In this document: positions 28,402 through 37,972 of the stretch, in pieces
Layout: each line of letters starts with the position of its first letter
Position numbering within the stretch: the stretch's first letter is position 1
Virus record (IMG/VR): IMGVR_UViG_3300031555_003590
Span: 128,001 to 192,000 of that record
DNA length: 64,000 nucleotides
Source of the DNA: a virus
Taxonomy: Duplodnaviria > Caudoviricetes
Strand: one strand, 5' to 3'
Position numbers and translations under genes: made by a program
Notes under the pieces: model-generated
What the model was told of the DNA's origin: nothing
Seen by the model: only the letters and a program-made list of their open reading frames with translations
Database searches by the model: none

Positions 28402-30369
28402 ATGTCAAATAATTTAATAAATTTAGTCTGTGATAACTGTAAAAAAGAATATCAAATAACAAGAAAATTGTATTTAGCACGAAAGCGTAAAAATAATCCA
28501 AATTATTGTAAAGAATGTATGAAAAAAGATGCAATAGAACGTTCTAAAATTACTAAAGAAAATATGAGTGATGAATGTAAAGCAGAGTATAAAAGAAAAG
28601 TATCAGAGGGTAATATTAGATATTGGAAAAATTTACCTAAAGATGTACAAGAAAAGAGATTTAATCAACTACGTAAACAAAATGATGATTTTCAGAAATC
28701 ATTAACTCCAAAAAAACGAAAAGAACATACTAAAAAAATATTAGCTGGTAAAGCTAAAATGACTGAACAAGCTAAGGTTGAAATGCGAATGAATATATCA
28801 AAATCAATGTCAAAGCATCATGCAAATATGACATTAGAAGAAAAAGAAATATTTAGTCAACAAATTAAAACAGGGATGGCTAAAATGACACCAGAAGAAA
28901 AAAGAGCTAGAAATGAATCATGGGTTAATTGGTGGAATAGTTTATCTCCTATAGAACAAAAAGCACATATGAAACCGGCATTAGAAGGTTTACAAAATTA
29001 TTGGGATAATGCCAGTGATGAAGAATTTAATAGACGTGTTATTGACCTTAATAATTACAGAGAAAATTATTTTAATAATTTATCACAAGATGAATATGAA
29101 GAATTGTTACATAAACGATTAACTTCTTCTAAAGGTAAAAATAATTTTCATCAAAAATTTGAAAGTCGATTCAATGAATCAATGCTTATTAACGATTATT
29201 ATTTTAAAGAAGAAATTATGTTATATAACAATGACATACTTCATTCATGGGATTATGGTATATATTCTAATAATACTAATGAGTTAGTAATGGTAGTAGA
29301 TTTAGATGGTAGATATTATCATGCAGATGGTTATGACTATGATGGATTTCATTCCAAAGAAGAATATGATGAAAAAAGATCATTATCAGTTCCAGATAAT
29401 GTTAAATTATTTATAATCCAAGAATATGAATTCAGTAAATGTTTTGAATTGATGATAAAGGAATTAATGTTAAATTATGAAGAATATATTGATTATCAAT
29501 TTAAAATGTGTAGATCTATGCCTTTTCCCAATCCTAAATATACTGATAGAGAATTAATTAAATCATTTAGAGGATTACTAAGACTAGATCCTAATAATTA
29601 TGAGTATAGAGTTAAAAAGGCTAATACTCGTAATGGTGATAGACTAATTCAACATTTCCATGAATCAATTTATAGAGCACATCGACGGGGTAATATTAGT
29701 CCACATGACGCATGGTATAATGATAAGCTACTTATAGAATGTATTCAAAATAGAATTATTTATCAAAATCATTTAAATCCTAATAAAATTCTTCAAGGAT
29801 TTAATGTAGCTAAAATAGCAACTAAAGTATCAGTATTTAGTGCTGGCAGAGCTAAAATATTAATAGATAAATATCTATCAGATTGTAATGAGATATTCGA
29901 TCCATTCAGTGGATTCAGTGGTAGAATGTTAGGTACTATATCACTAGGTAAGAAATATATAGGTCAAGATATTAGTATCATTCATATTAATGAATCTAAT
30001 AAAATGATCAAATTTTTGAAAGATAATATAAAATACTTTAAAATGATACGTAAGGATACTAAATATTTTAATGATATTAGTACTATTAATGCGATTATAA
30101 CTCAAGCTAATATACTAGATTCTACTGGTGAATATGAGTGTCTATTTACTTGTCCACCATATTCAGATAAAGAACAATGGTTAGAAGTACCTATAGATAC
30201 TAGAAGTTGTGATGATTGGATAGATGAATGTTTATCTAGATTTAAATGCAAGAAATACTTGTTTGTAGTAGATAATACTATCAAATACAAAAATTATATT
30301 GTAGATGAGATTAAAAATAGATCACATTTTGGCGGTAATAGTGAATATGTAATATTAATAGAAAGATAA
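28402..30369 (+). CDS. Fusion: Zn finger + helical repeats + Vsr-like/PD-(D/E)xK endonuclease + amino-DNA methyltransferase
   Basis: CDNC...YCKEC; NUMOD-like helical repeats; WDYGIY...VDLDGRYYH...D (nuclease); FDPFSGFSG (MTase motif I), YIGQDI, FTCPPY (motif IV). Confidence 0.75.
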   Translation: MSNNLINLVCDNCKKEYQITRKLYLARKRKNNPNYCKECMKKDAIERSKITKENMSDECKAEYKRKVSEGNIRYWKNLPKDVQEKRFNQLRKQNDDFQKSLTPKKRKEHTKKILAGKAKMTEQAKVEMRMNISKSMSKHHANMTLEEKEIFSQQIKTGMAKMTPEEKRARNESWVNWWNSLSPIEQKAHMKPALEGLQNYWDNASDEEFNRRVIDLNNYRENYFNNLSQDEYEELLHKRLTSSKGKNNFHQKFESRFNESMLINDYYFKEEIMLYNNDILHSWDYGIYSNNTNELVMVVDLDGRYYHADGYDYDGFHSKEEYDEKRSLSVPDNVKLFIIQEYEFSKCFELMIKELMLNYEEYIDYQFKMCRSMPFPNPKYTDRELIKSFRGLLRLDPNNYEYRVKKANTRNGDRLIQHFHESIYRAHRRGNISPHDAWYNDKLLIECIQNRIIYQNHLNPNKILQGFNVAKIATKVSVFSAGRAKILIDKYLSDCNEIFDPFSGFSGRMLGTISLGKKYIGQDISIIHINESNKMIKFLKDNIKYFKMIRKDTKYFNDISTINAIITQANILDSTGEYECLFTCPPYSDKEQWLEVPIDTRSCDDWIDECLSRFKCKKYLFVVDNTIKYKNYIVDEIKNRSHFGGNSEYVILIER

Positions 30370-30391
30370 TTTGGATCAATAAATAATAATA

Positions 30392-30420
30392 TAGTGAGGA
30401 GGTAATATACCTCCTCACTA
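30392..30420. terminator. Hairpin terminator
   Basis: TAGTGAGGAGGTA-ATA-TACCTCCTCACTA. Confidence 0.7.
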
Positions 30421-30513
30421 CTTAGTATGTTAAATTATTATAATTATATATTATAATAATAAGAGATGTATGAAAGATTACATCATAAAATATAAAATAA
30501 GGAGTTGTTTAAA

Positions 30514-31221
30514 ATGAATTTAGAAAAAAATTATGAAGATCTTTGGAATGAAAAGATTGAACTTGAACCTGAATATGTTCCAGATTATAGGACTGAGAGT
30601 GACAAAATTATTGATGAGTTAATTGAAAAAGAAAAAGTTCAAAAAGAATTAAAAGAATCTATAAATGAAAATCGTATTGTATATACGAATGAAGTAATTG
30701 AAGAAAGAGTAAATTTAATTCAAGAAGAATTAAATAGAATTAAGGCTGCAATGGTTGCAATTAGTAATGGTGAATTATATGAATCTGTAGTACAAGATGA
30801 TATTTTCTTTGAAGACTCAGATCCGTTCCGTAGTTGTGCAAGTCATCTGGCTAGAGTTGTAGAACATGTTTTAAAATATAAATATTCTACGCTTGGTCCA
30901 AATAGTACTGTTTATAATGATTGGATCGATGATTTTACTACTAATCAGAATAATGCTATTGATGATATTGAATATGGATCTGATACAAGATCAAAAAATG
31001 TAACTAATATTCTTAAAAAATTGGATAATGATATCCAAGATATTTATCAACGTGGAATAAAATGGTATAAAAAAGCTATGAAACGTCGTAAAGACTTAAT
31101 TGATGGATTAGATTATATTCCAAAAAAATATCCTAAAGAATGGAATATTAAAAGATTATTAGAAGATGATATTGAAGAATTGATTGAAGATCTACCTACT
31201 CCTCCTTGGAAGAAAGATTAA
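30514..31221 (+). CDS. Acidic leader + DUF29-like domain protein
   Basis: HLARVVEHVLKYKY...DW...IY..G...IPKKYP..W.I..LL; start placed at ATG 30514 behind AAGGAG. Confidence 0.55.
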   Translation: MNLEKNYEDLWNEKIELEPEYVPDYRTESDKIIDELIEKEKVQKELKESINENRIVYTNEVIEERVNLIQEELNRIKAAMVAISNGELYESVVQDDIFFEDSDPFRSCASHLARVVEHVLKYKYSTLGPNSTVYNDWIDDFTTNQNNAIDDIEYGSDTRSKNVTNILKKLDNDIQDIYQRGIKWYKKAMKRRKDLIDGLDYIPKKYPKEWNIKRLLEDDIEELIEDLPTPPWKKD

Positions 31222-31228
31222 ATACATG

Positions 31229-31256
31229 AAAGGAGAGGGAATATTCCCTCTCCTTT
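31229..31256. terminator. Bidirectional terminator between convergent genes
   Basis: AAAGGAGAGGGAATATTCCCTCTCCTTT perfect palindrome. Confidence 0.8.
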
Positions 31257-31264
31257 ATTTTTAT

Positions 31265-31474
31265 TTACATTCCAAAGTTATAAGGTAATCCAGTCATTTT
31301 TTCAAATTCATCAGCAGTAATTTTACCATATGCTTTATATTCAATAAGAAAGTCTACTCGTTCCATTGGTCTATATAATTGCTGAATTCTTTCTAAAGCA
31401 ACTTTCTCATCATTAGTTAAATTATCATGATCACTAAAATCAATATAATAGTGAGACTTGTCATATTGGACCAT
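31265..31474 (-). CDS. Small hypothetical protein
   Basis: AGGAGG RBS inside the end of the upstream gene. Confidence 0.7.
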   Translation of the reverse strand: MVQYDKSHYYIDFSDHDNLTNDEKVALERIQQLYRPMERVDFLIEYKAYGKITADEFEKMTGLPYNFGM

Positions 31475-31480
31475 ACCAAT

Positions 31481-32224
31481 CTATTCCTCCTTTATAATTT
31501 CATTGAACTTTGAATAATCTTTATTTACAATAAGTATATAATTAAATATATTGGATAAAGATTTCATTAGTTCATGTTTAATTTTTTCTTTTTCTCGACT
31601 TTCTTGATTTTGATTATCCATTCTTTCAGTACTTTTTATTTCTATTTCTGTATTGATAGAAGGGATAAAGAAATCTGGCATATAAAAATGTGAAACTCCT
31701 TTATACTCATAACTATATGTATGAGGAGAAGGAGCTATTAAATCAGATGCAGGCCAATGTAATTCTAAATCTAAATATCTTAAAAAATCTTGTTCATAAG
31801 ATCCAGTATATTGAAATTTAGTTTTACCATCACTCCATTGATATATACCAGAAATTTTTCTATTAGCTAACATTTTTTGTTGCATCTGTGGATCATCCAA
31901 TAAATAAACTTTACCATATTTCTTTATCATACGATTATCTCGTTCTTCTTTATATTTTTGCTTACATTGAGGATTATTACAAAAGCGAGAATATTTCATT
32001 GTAGCTTCATTAAAGTCAGTTTCATTATGACATATAACACAGCTACCTTTATCTTTCTTAGTTAATAAGAAATAAAAGTATCTATATCCAGTCATATCTG
32101 GTGGGATTAGATTCTTATGTTTAATTTCATAATGATTACCCATTATCCATTTAGCGCTTTTTTTACCCTTTTGCTTATTAACTGGAACTGTAAAATTACA
32201 GTGTTGACATCTATACAATCTCAT
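31481..32224 (-). CDS. Zn-finger PD-(D/E)xK nuclease (TnsA-N / T4 gp4-like)
   Basis: CQHC...H...H, CVIC...C..C, SYE..F, YMPDFFI...EIEIK; start placed at ATG 32224 behind GGGGTGG. Confidence 0.65.
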   Translation of the reverse strand: MRLYRCQHCNFTVPVNKQKGKKSAKWIMGNHYEIKHKNLIPPDMTGYRYFYFLLTKKDKGSCVICHNETDFNEATMKYSRFCNNPQCKQKYKEERDNRMIKKYGKVYLLDDPQMQQKMLANRKISGIYQWSDGKTKFQYTGSYEQDFLRYLDLELHWPASDLIAPSPHTYSYEYKGVSHFYMPDFFIPSINTEIEIKSTERMDNQNQESREKEKIKHELMKSLSNIFNYILIVNKDYSKFNEIIKEE

Positions 32225-32332
32225 ATTGTTTAACCACCCCTTTAAAGTAGTAATTATATTGATTTTTATAATACATGTATATGACACTAAAAAATAATTA
32301 TTATGTTAAACTTATATAAGGAGGAATTAAAT

Positions 32333-34891
32333 ATGGAATCAACAAAGTTTAGACCATTATATGATAAAGATATCACTGATTCTATTAGAGGTCTAATTGA
32401 AGAAAGCTCTTATTTAAAAACAAAACTTTTTAAATCTGTTATCTCTGGTGAAAAATTAAACAAAGACATTCCTAAAGCATATAAAAATGCTGTACGAGAT
32501 TTTATTAAAATTTGGGAAGATTATTCTAATACTTTATCAGAGAAGATTAAAAGTAGTACTGCTAATATTGGAGTATATACTATTAGTTATACTTTTGCAA
32601 AAGAATATATTTATTCTAATGATGATTATGCTTCAGTATTACCTTTTGCAGATGGTGTAATTAAAGGTATTAAATCTGGTAAATTTGATGAAGCTGATGA
32701 TGTTGAAGATTTCTTTAAGTATACTGCTAATAAAGCATTTCATGATAAAGGTGATTCTGTAGCAGCTCTACTTGATAATGTTATTAATAATATAGAATTA
32801 GATATGATTAATTCTGATACTGCTGAAGTTACTAAATATAATGCAGTACGTAAATATCAAATATTTAAAAGTACTGATGCTAAAGAATTATATAAATCAA
32901 TTGATAAAGTGGTTGATTTTTTAACTGATGAAATGGGTGATATTGTTAGAGAAATTAAATCTTCTCATACAAGAATGTTTGTTGCTATGATAAATAACAT
33001 TATTGAATATATTACTTATTCACTTACTGCATATGCAACTCGCATATATTTAATTTCTAAATATGCTAGTCCTTATATTATGAATAATAGAGTTAATGAA
33101 AGATATGTTAACACAATTAGTGAAGCTACTATTACATTATCTGAATCTGATATTATGGTAACTGTAATGCATGATGCACCTGAATTAGAATGTAGAGATT
33201 ATAATAAATATAATTCATTTATGGAAATATTAGATACTTTCTGTAAAGCTGTAGGTGCTGATCCATTATTTGGAACTGATAAACCTAAAGCTGGTAAATA
33301 TTTTCATAGAAGTATGTTAAGTCCTGATAATGAATTTGTATCTAAATTGCTTGGAAATGCATTATATGAATATTTAACTAATTCTGATGCCAGATTTAAT
33401 AATTATAAAGAATTTGTTACTGAAATGAATCATCTATTAAAAGAATATATATACAATTCAACCCAGGCTATTCCTGGATCCACTACTCCTAAACAAGAAA
33501 TTTTACATATAATTCGTAGTGCTAAATATGATGATACTTTATCAGGATATCAAAAGTTAACTAAAGATATGTATTTAGCTTCTGGTGTTATTTTATGTTC
33601 TATTGTAGATATAATTCATAGTGTTGAAAATTGGTTACGTGGAGATATTGGTAGTACTTATTATAATACTACTAATATTAATGATGCTAAAGAAGATATT
33701 AAATTTTTAAAAGATTTATATAATGAATTAGCGGTTTCATTTCTTCATAAAGGTAGAGATATTGAAATGCATATTAATGCATTAAAACAAAATCAATTAG
33801 CTAAATTGCAAAATGATGTTTCTATTAAGATTCCTCATCAGAAAATAAATGATTTAAATTCCAATGAAAATATGATGAGTGCCATTCCTGATACTACTAG
33901 AATTCCAATTGATTTAATGGATATTTATGATACTCCTACATTTGAAGCATTGGAAATGTATGATGATTATTTAAGATCATTACCTGGTATGGAAGATGAT
34001 TCATATTTATCTGAAGCTGCAAATTTATCTAGTATTATTAATGCAATTTTTAGTAGAATTAGATCTGCATTTAATAAATTTATAAATTTTATTAATGATA
34101 AAAGATTTCAATCTGCTCGTAAATGGGTTCTTGATCATACTAATGATCTTATGTCATTAGATTTTAATGGCAAACAAATGTATGTGCTTCCTTATAAAGC
34201 AGACATTAAACTTCCTGATGGATATAAAAATTTAATTAATAAACTTAATGATTTCAATAAAGATGTTGTTGCATCTGAAGAATCTAAAAAATCTTATATT
34301 AAATCTCTATATCCTAGTGAAACTATTTACAATTGGTTTTATTCTAATGAAACTGATAAAAGTGGACCTGAAATGTATCGCAATCATATTTTATTTTATA
34401 AATTAGACGAAACCAAAAAAGAAGTTCCTGCTGCTATTCCTGTTAATGGCAATGCATTACATAACTACGTTAGTGATTGGATTAGTACTATGCGTGGAGC
34501 TCCTGATGTTCTTAATGAATTTAATCGTATTAGATCTGAAATTGAAAATGCTGTAAATAAAATTAAAAATCAAATGGTTACAATTGAAAATGAAGCTAAG
34601 CAGAAAGATATTAATAATGAAAAAGAAAATCCTCCTTCTACACCAGCTTCAACTGAAAATAACAATACTGAAGCTTCTAGTAGTGTTGAAGTTCCACCTA
34701 CCAATCCAAGTAATACAAATGATAATAAAACTAATAATCCTACAACTGGAAATGAAGCATTATTAATGGAAATTCAAACTACTATTATGAGGTTATGGGG
34801 AGCATTAGCTGGGATCTTTATTCAATGTTATTTAACTGAATATAAATATTTAAAAGATGCATATAATCTTGGTCGTCAAAAGTCTAATTAA
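32333..34891 (+). CDS. Large putative internal head protein
   Basis: AAGGAGG RBS before ATG 32333; ISEA and YLSEA sites, the latter followed by an amphipathic helix like other head-family members. Confidence 0.6.
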   Translation: MESTKFRPLYDKDITDSIRGLIEESSYLKTKLFKSVISGEKLNKDIPKAYKNAVRDFIKIWEDYSNTLSEKIKSSTANIGVYTISYTFAKEYIYSNDDYASVLPFADGVIKGIKSGKFDEADDVEDFFKYTANKAFHDKGDSVAALLDNVINNIELDMINSDTAEVTKYNAVRKYQIFKSTDAKELYKSIDKVVDFLTDEMGDIVREIKSSHTRMFVAMINNIIEYITYSLTAYATRIYLISKYASPYIMNNRVNERYVNTISEATITLSESDIMVTVMHDAPELECRDYNKYNSFMEILDTFCKAVGADPLFGTDKPKAGKYFHRSMLSPDNEFVSKLLGNALYEYLTNSDARFNNYKEFVTEMNHLLKEYIYNSTQAIPGSTTPKQEILHIIRSAKYDDTLSGYQKLTKDMYLASGVILCSIVDIIHSVENWLRGDIGSTYYNTTNINDAKEDIKFLKDLYNELAVSFLHKGRDIEMHINALKQNQLAKLQNDVSIKIPHQKINDLNSNENMMSAIPDTTRIPIDLMDIYDTPTFEALEMYDDYLRSLPGMEDDSYLSEAANLSSIINAIFSRIRSAFNKFINFINDKRFQSARKWVLDHTNDLMSLDFNGKQMYVLPYKADIKLPDGYKNLINKLNDFNKDVVASEESKKSYIKSLYPSETIYNWFYSNETDKSGPEMYRNHILFYKLDETKKEVPAAIPVNGNALHNYVSDWISTMRGAPDVLNEFNRIRSEIENAVNKIKNQMVTIENEAKQKDINNEKENPPSTPASTENNNTEASSSVEVPPTNPSNTNDNKTNNPTTGNEALLMEIQTTIMRLWGALAGIFIQCYLTEYKYLKDAYNLGRQKSN

Positions 34892-34906
34892 ATTAACTTT
34901 ATTAAT

Positions 34907-34946
34907 ATTGGAGAGGGGAAATAATCCCCTCTCCAATTATATTTTT
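34907..34946 (+). terminator. Intrinsic terminator
   Basis: ATTGGAGAGGGGA-N5-TCCCCTCTCCAAT plus T-rich tail. Confidence 0.75.
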
Positions 34947-35013
34947 AATTATATATTATAATTATAATGAATGACTATATGTTATGTAAATTAAGAAGAA
35001 ATGAGGTTTAATT

Positions 35014-36534
35014 ATGTCAGATAATTATTATGAAAAAATATATAAAGAATTAATGGATTCAGAATCATCACTTTATACTCCATCAATTTTTGATAGTAAA
35101 AATAGTTATATATTTGATGATGACGATGGTGAAGATTTTATTACTAGTAAAGAATTAGTTAATATAGAAGATAAAAAGGATAAACATCTTCCATTAGTTG
35201 GTACTAGTGATGAGCCAATTGAAGAAGATGTTTATTTTAAAAGGTTTAGAAATAATTATGAGCACAAATATACACAAAAAGAGCTTGATGCAATGAGAGC
35301 TTCATGTAAAGGTACTATCGTTCATGATTTTAGTGAGAAAGATATTTATCATATGAGTGATGAAGAACGTAAAGAAAGAGATATGTTAAATGAAATTTCT
35401 GATAAACTTCAGAGAGTTAAAGGAACATATCGTAAAGTTGATGATTGGATTGAAGCAATGAGAACAGTAGTCCAGGCATGGGAAATGTTAGAAGAAAAAG
35501 GCAATTATATTCATACAGAAAAAGAATTCTTTGAAATGGTTGCTAATGGTAAAATTGTATCTAATAGAATTATCATGCCTAAATTAAAGAAGATGAATAA
35601 TTATGATACAGATACATTGATTAAATATATTAGTAATCCTGAATTAGATACTACTGATCTCATTCCAATACAACAATCTGAACCTGATGATGATTGGTAT
35701 GATTTTGCTATTACTGAAACTGAAGAATATGAATTATATTCTAAAGAATATATCGATTCTTTAACTGATGAAGATTTGAAAAATAAAACTGATGATCAGT
35801 TAGAAGAAGAGGCCGATCAATATGCAAAGGATAAAATCGAATTAAATGAATCAATGAGATATTTATCTCCTGATGAAGCTGAATATATTAATAAATATAA
35901 AAATAATCCTGAATCATTTAGAGTTAAAGATATTAAACGTAAATTGATTAAGGGTTATGATAAGAAGAGTTTTACTTATGGTAAAAAGAAAAAAGATAAT
36001 AAGAAAAAGAATAAGATTGAAAAATATCGAATTGATTCTCTCCATGATATTTTAAATAGAATTCAAAATGATTCTATTAATCGTTCTGATTATAAATATA
36101 ATAGAAGTTTTATGATAACTAATAGTATGTTTGATTCTGTAAAACCTCCTAAGAGTATATTTGATGATATGAGACTTGATGGAAGTTGGGCTGATAAAAA
36201 TGCTATGTATTTATATGATCTTGCAATTAGAGAAGAGTTATTAAAACAACATCCTCCTAGAAGTAAATATATGACATATGCTGATCAAGAATTGCAAAAA
36301 TTCTTTAAATTATTAGAAGAAAATGGAGTTAATACTCTTACTCTTAGACGTAAGATGGATATTCCTGTAGATGGTGGTTCTGCTTCTATCGAAGAGAAAG
36401 CTACAAAGAAGGAGAATAAGAAAATGGAAAGTGCTCTTATTCAAAGAATTACTAAGCTTAATAATAATGATAAATTCAAAAAGATTATTAGTAAAGCAGA
36501 AAAGGCTTTAAATAAACAATTTGAAGAATATTAA
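35014..36534 (+). CDS. Hypothetical protein
   Basis: 506 aa ORF; TATATATTAT motif upstream (34947-34959). Confidence 0.8.
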   Translation: MSDNYYEKIYKELMDSESSLYTPSIFDSKNSYIFDDDDGEDFITSKELVNIEDKKDKHLPLVGTSDEPIEEDVYFKRFRNNYEHKYTQKELDAMRASCKGTIVHDFSEKDIYHMSDEERKERDMLNEISDKLQRVKGTYRKVDDWIEAMRTVVQAWEMLEEKGNYIHTEKEFFEMVANGKIVSNRIIMPKLKKMNNYDTDTLIKYISNPELDTTDLIPIQQSEPDDDWYDFAITETEEYELYSKEYIDSLTDEDLKNKTDDQLEEEADQYAKDKIELNESMRYLSPDEAEYINKYKNNPESFRVKDIKRKLIKGYDKKSFTYGKKKKDNKKKNKIEKYRIDSLHDILNRIQNDSINRSDYKYNRSFMITNSMFDSVKPPKSIFDDMRLDGSWADKNAMYLYDLAIREELLKQHPPRSKYMTYADQELQKFFKLLEENGVNTLTLRRKMDIPVDGGSASIEEKATKKENKKMESALIQRITKLNNNDKFKKIISKAEKALNKQFEEY

Positions 36535-36554
36535 TAATAAGGAGTTAAATAAAT

Positions 36555-37097
36555 ATGAATAACATTCCAACGATAGCATTTATGAATCTTGGACCTTCTG
36601 ATATGGAACATGCCTGCGAAGTTTACGCAGGCATTCCATTAGATACTTTAGAAGAATCTATTAATGATTATTTATCTATATCTGATATTAAATATCATAG
36701 TAATTTTGAATATGTATGCATGGGTCAAATATTATATGATGATTGTAAATTTTTAGAAGATAATACTAGAGATATTTTTATTAATCTATATAAGCATTTA
36801 AGAAATAAATATGGTCAAAAATTTATGGATATAATTGTTACTAAAAATAATGATAAGATAGTTAAAAATATTACTAATGTTATCAACTTTATGTTTGATA
36901 AAGTATTTAAGACTGATACAATTCAAGTTATTTTCTCTAATGTATCTGGTAATAAAAATGAAAAGTCTAATTATCCAAATTTAATTTATTCTGCATTACA
37001 GCAAAACTTTATTATCAAATCTCAAAGAGAGAATGAAATGAATCATTTTATAATTATACAGAAAGGAAGTATACAAAATGTCAACAATGCCAATTGA
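36555..37097 (+). CDS. Hypothetical protein
   Basis: AAGGAG RBS. Confidence 0.75.
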   Translation: MNNIPTIAFMNLGPSDMEHACEVYAGIPLDTLEESINDYLSISDIKYHSNFEYVCMGQILYDDCKFLEDNTRDIFINLYKHLRNKYGQKFMDIIVTKNNDKIVKNITNVINFMFDKVFKTDTIQVIFSNVSGNKNEKSNYPNLIYSALQQNFIIKSQRENEMNHFIIIQKGSIQNVNNAN

Positions 37098-37671
37098 GTT
37101 ATATACAGATGGCTCAAGCCTTAACAATCCTGGAGCTTCAGGGTTAGGATATGTAATTAAATATTTTATTGATAAAGATAATGGTGAAATGCCAGAAATT
37201 AAAACTATTGAGGGTAGTCAAGGATTTCGTTTAAGTACTAATAATAGAATGGAAATTTTATCTGCTATTTATGGTATAAAGAAAATTATTGAAATGATTA
37301 ATACAGATGAAAGTTTCAAAGGTTTTAATCAAATAAATGTATTTAGTGATTCTCAATATCTATGCAATGCAATAAATAGTAGATGGATTCAAAGTTGGCA
37401 GCAAAGAGGTTGGATGACTAGTGGGTTTAATGGCAAGACTCCTTCAGCTGTAAAAAATAAAGATTTATGGGAGCAAGTAATTGAACTTCAAAATACTTTA
37501 CATAATATGGGTATTAATTTAACTCTTACTCATATTAAAGGTCATAATGGTAATGAATTTAATGAAAAAGCTGATAAACTTGCAGTTGCAGCATCTACTA
37601 ACTCTTCTGCTCATATTATTGATGAAGAATATGAAAAGACATCTACTATTATGAATAAAAGAAATTATTAA
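37078..37671 (+). CDS. rnhA: Ribonuclease HI
   Basis: YTDGS...NPG, STNNRME, SDSQY, W...GW, VKNKDLW, HIKGH....NE.ADKLA. Confidence 0.95.
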   Translation: MSTMPIELYTDGSSLNNPGASGLGYVIKYFIDKDNGEMPEIKTIEGSQGFRLSTNNRMEILSAIYGIKKIIEMINTDESFKGFNQINVFSDSQYLCNAINSRWIQSWQQRGWMTSGFNGKTPSAVKNKDLWEQVIELQNTLHNMGINLTLTHIKGHNGNEFNEKADKLAVAASTNSSAHIIDEEYEKTSTIMNKRNY

Positions 37672-37713
37672 AACTTATTCATAATAATATAAGCGAAAGG
37701 TGGTGCATGACCT

Positions 37714-37860
37714 ATTAGTTACGAAAGTCTTAGATTTCTTCCTGTATTGAATGGTGTTACTATTATTGGTGATAAAAGATTTGAAGATTATGGTCTAGTG
37801 CCAATGAGTGCTGAAGAAATAACAGAAATTCAATTAGAAGTATTTGGGTATGTATTATAA
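37714..37860 (+). CDS. Small unannotated ORF (48 aa) with probable ATT start or 5' frameshift
   Basis: ISYESLRFLPVLNGVTIIGDKRFEDYGL...; SD GAAAGGTGGT 9 nt before ATT; own promoter motif upstream and terminator downstream. Confidence 0.55.
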   Translation: MSYESLRFLPVLNGVTIIGDKRFEDYGLVPMSAEEITEIQLEVFGYVL

Positions 37861-37864
37861 AATC

Positions 37865-37909
37865 AATATAATATGATTGGGGATAATAAATCCCCAATCA
37901 TATTATATT
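37865..37909. terminator. Long hairpin terminator
   Basis: AATATAATATGATTGGGGAT-N5-ATCCCCAATCATATTATATT. Confidence 0.75.
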
Positions 37910-37972
37910 TTATAAAACAAGCAATTAATTGGTAACGTTCCATAAATAATAAAAGAAAGAAGGGTGAATTAA

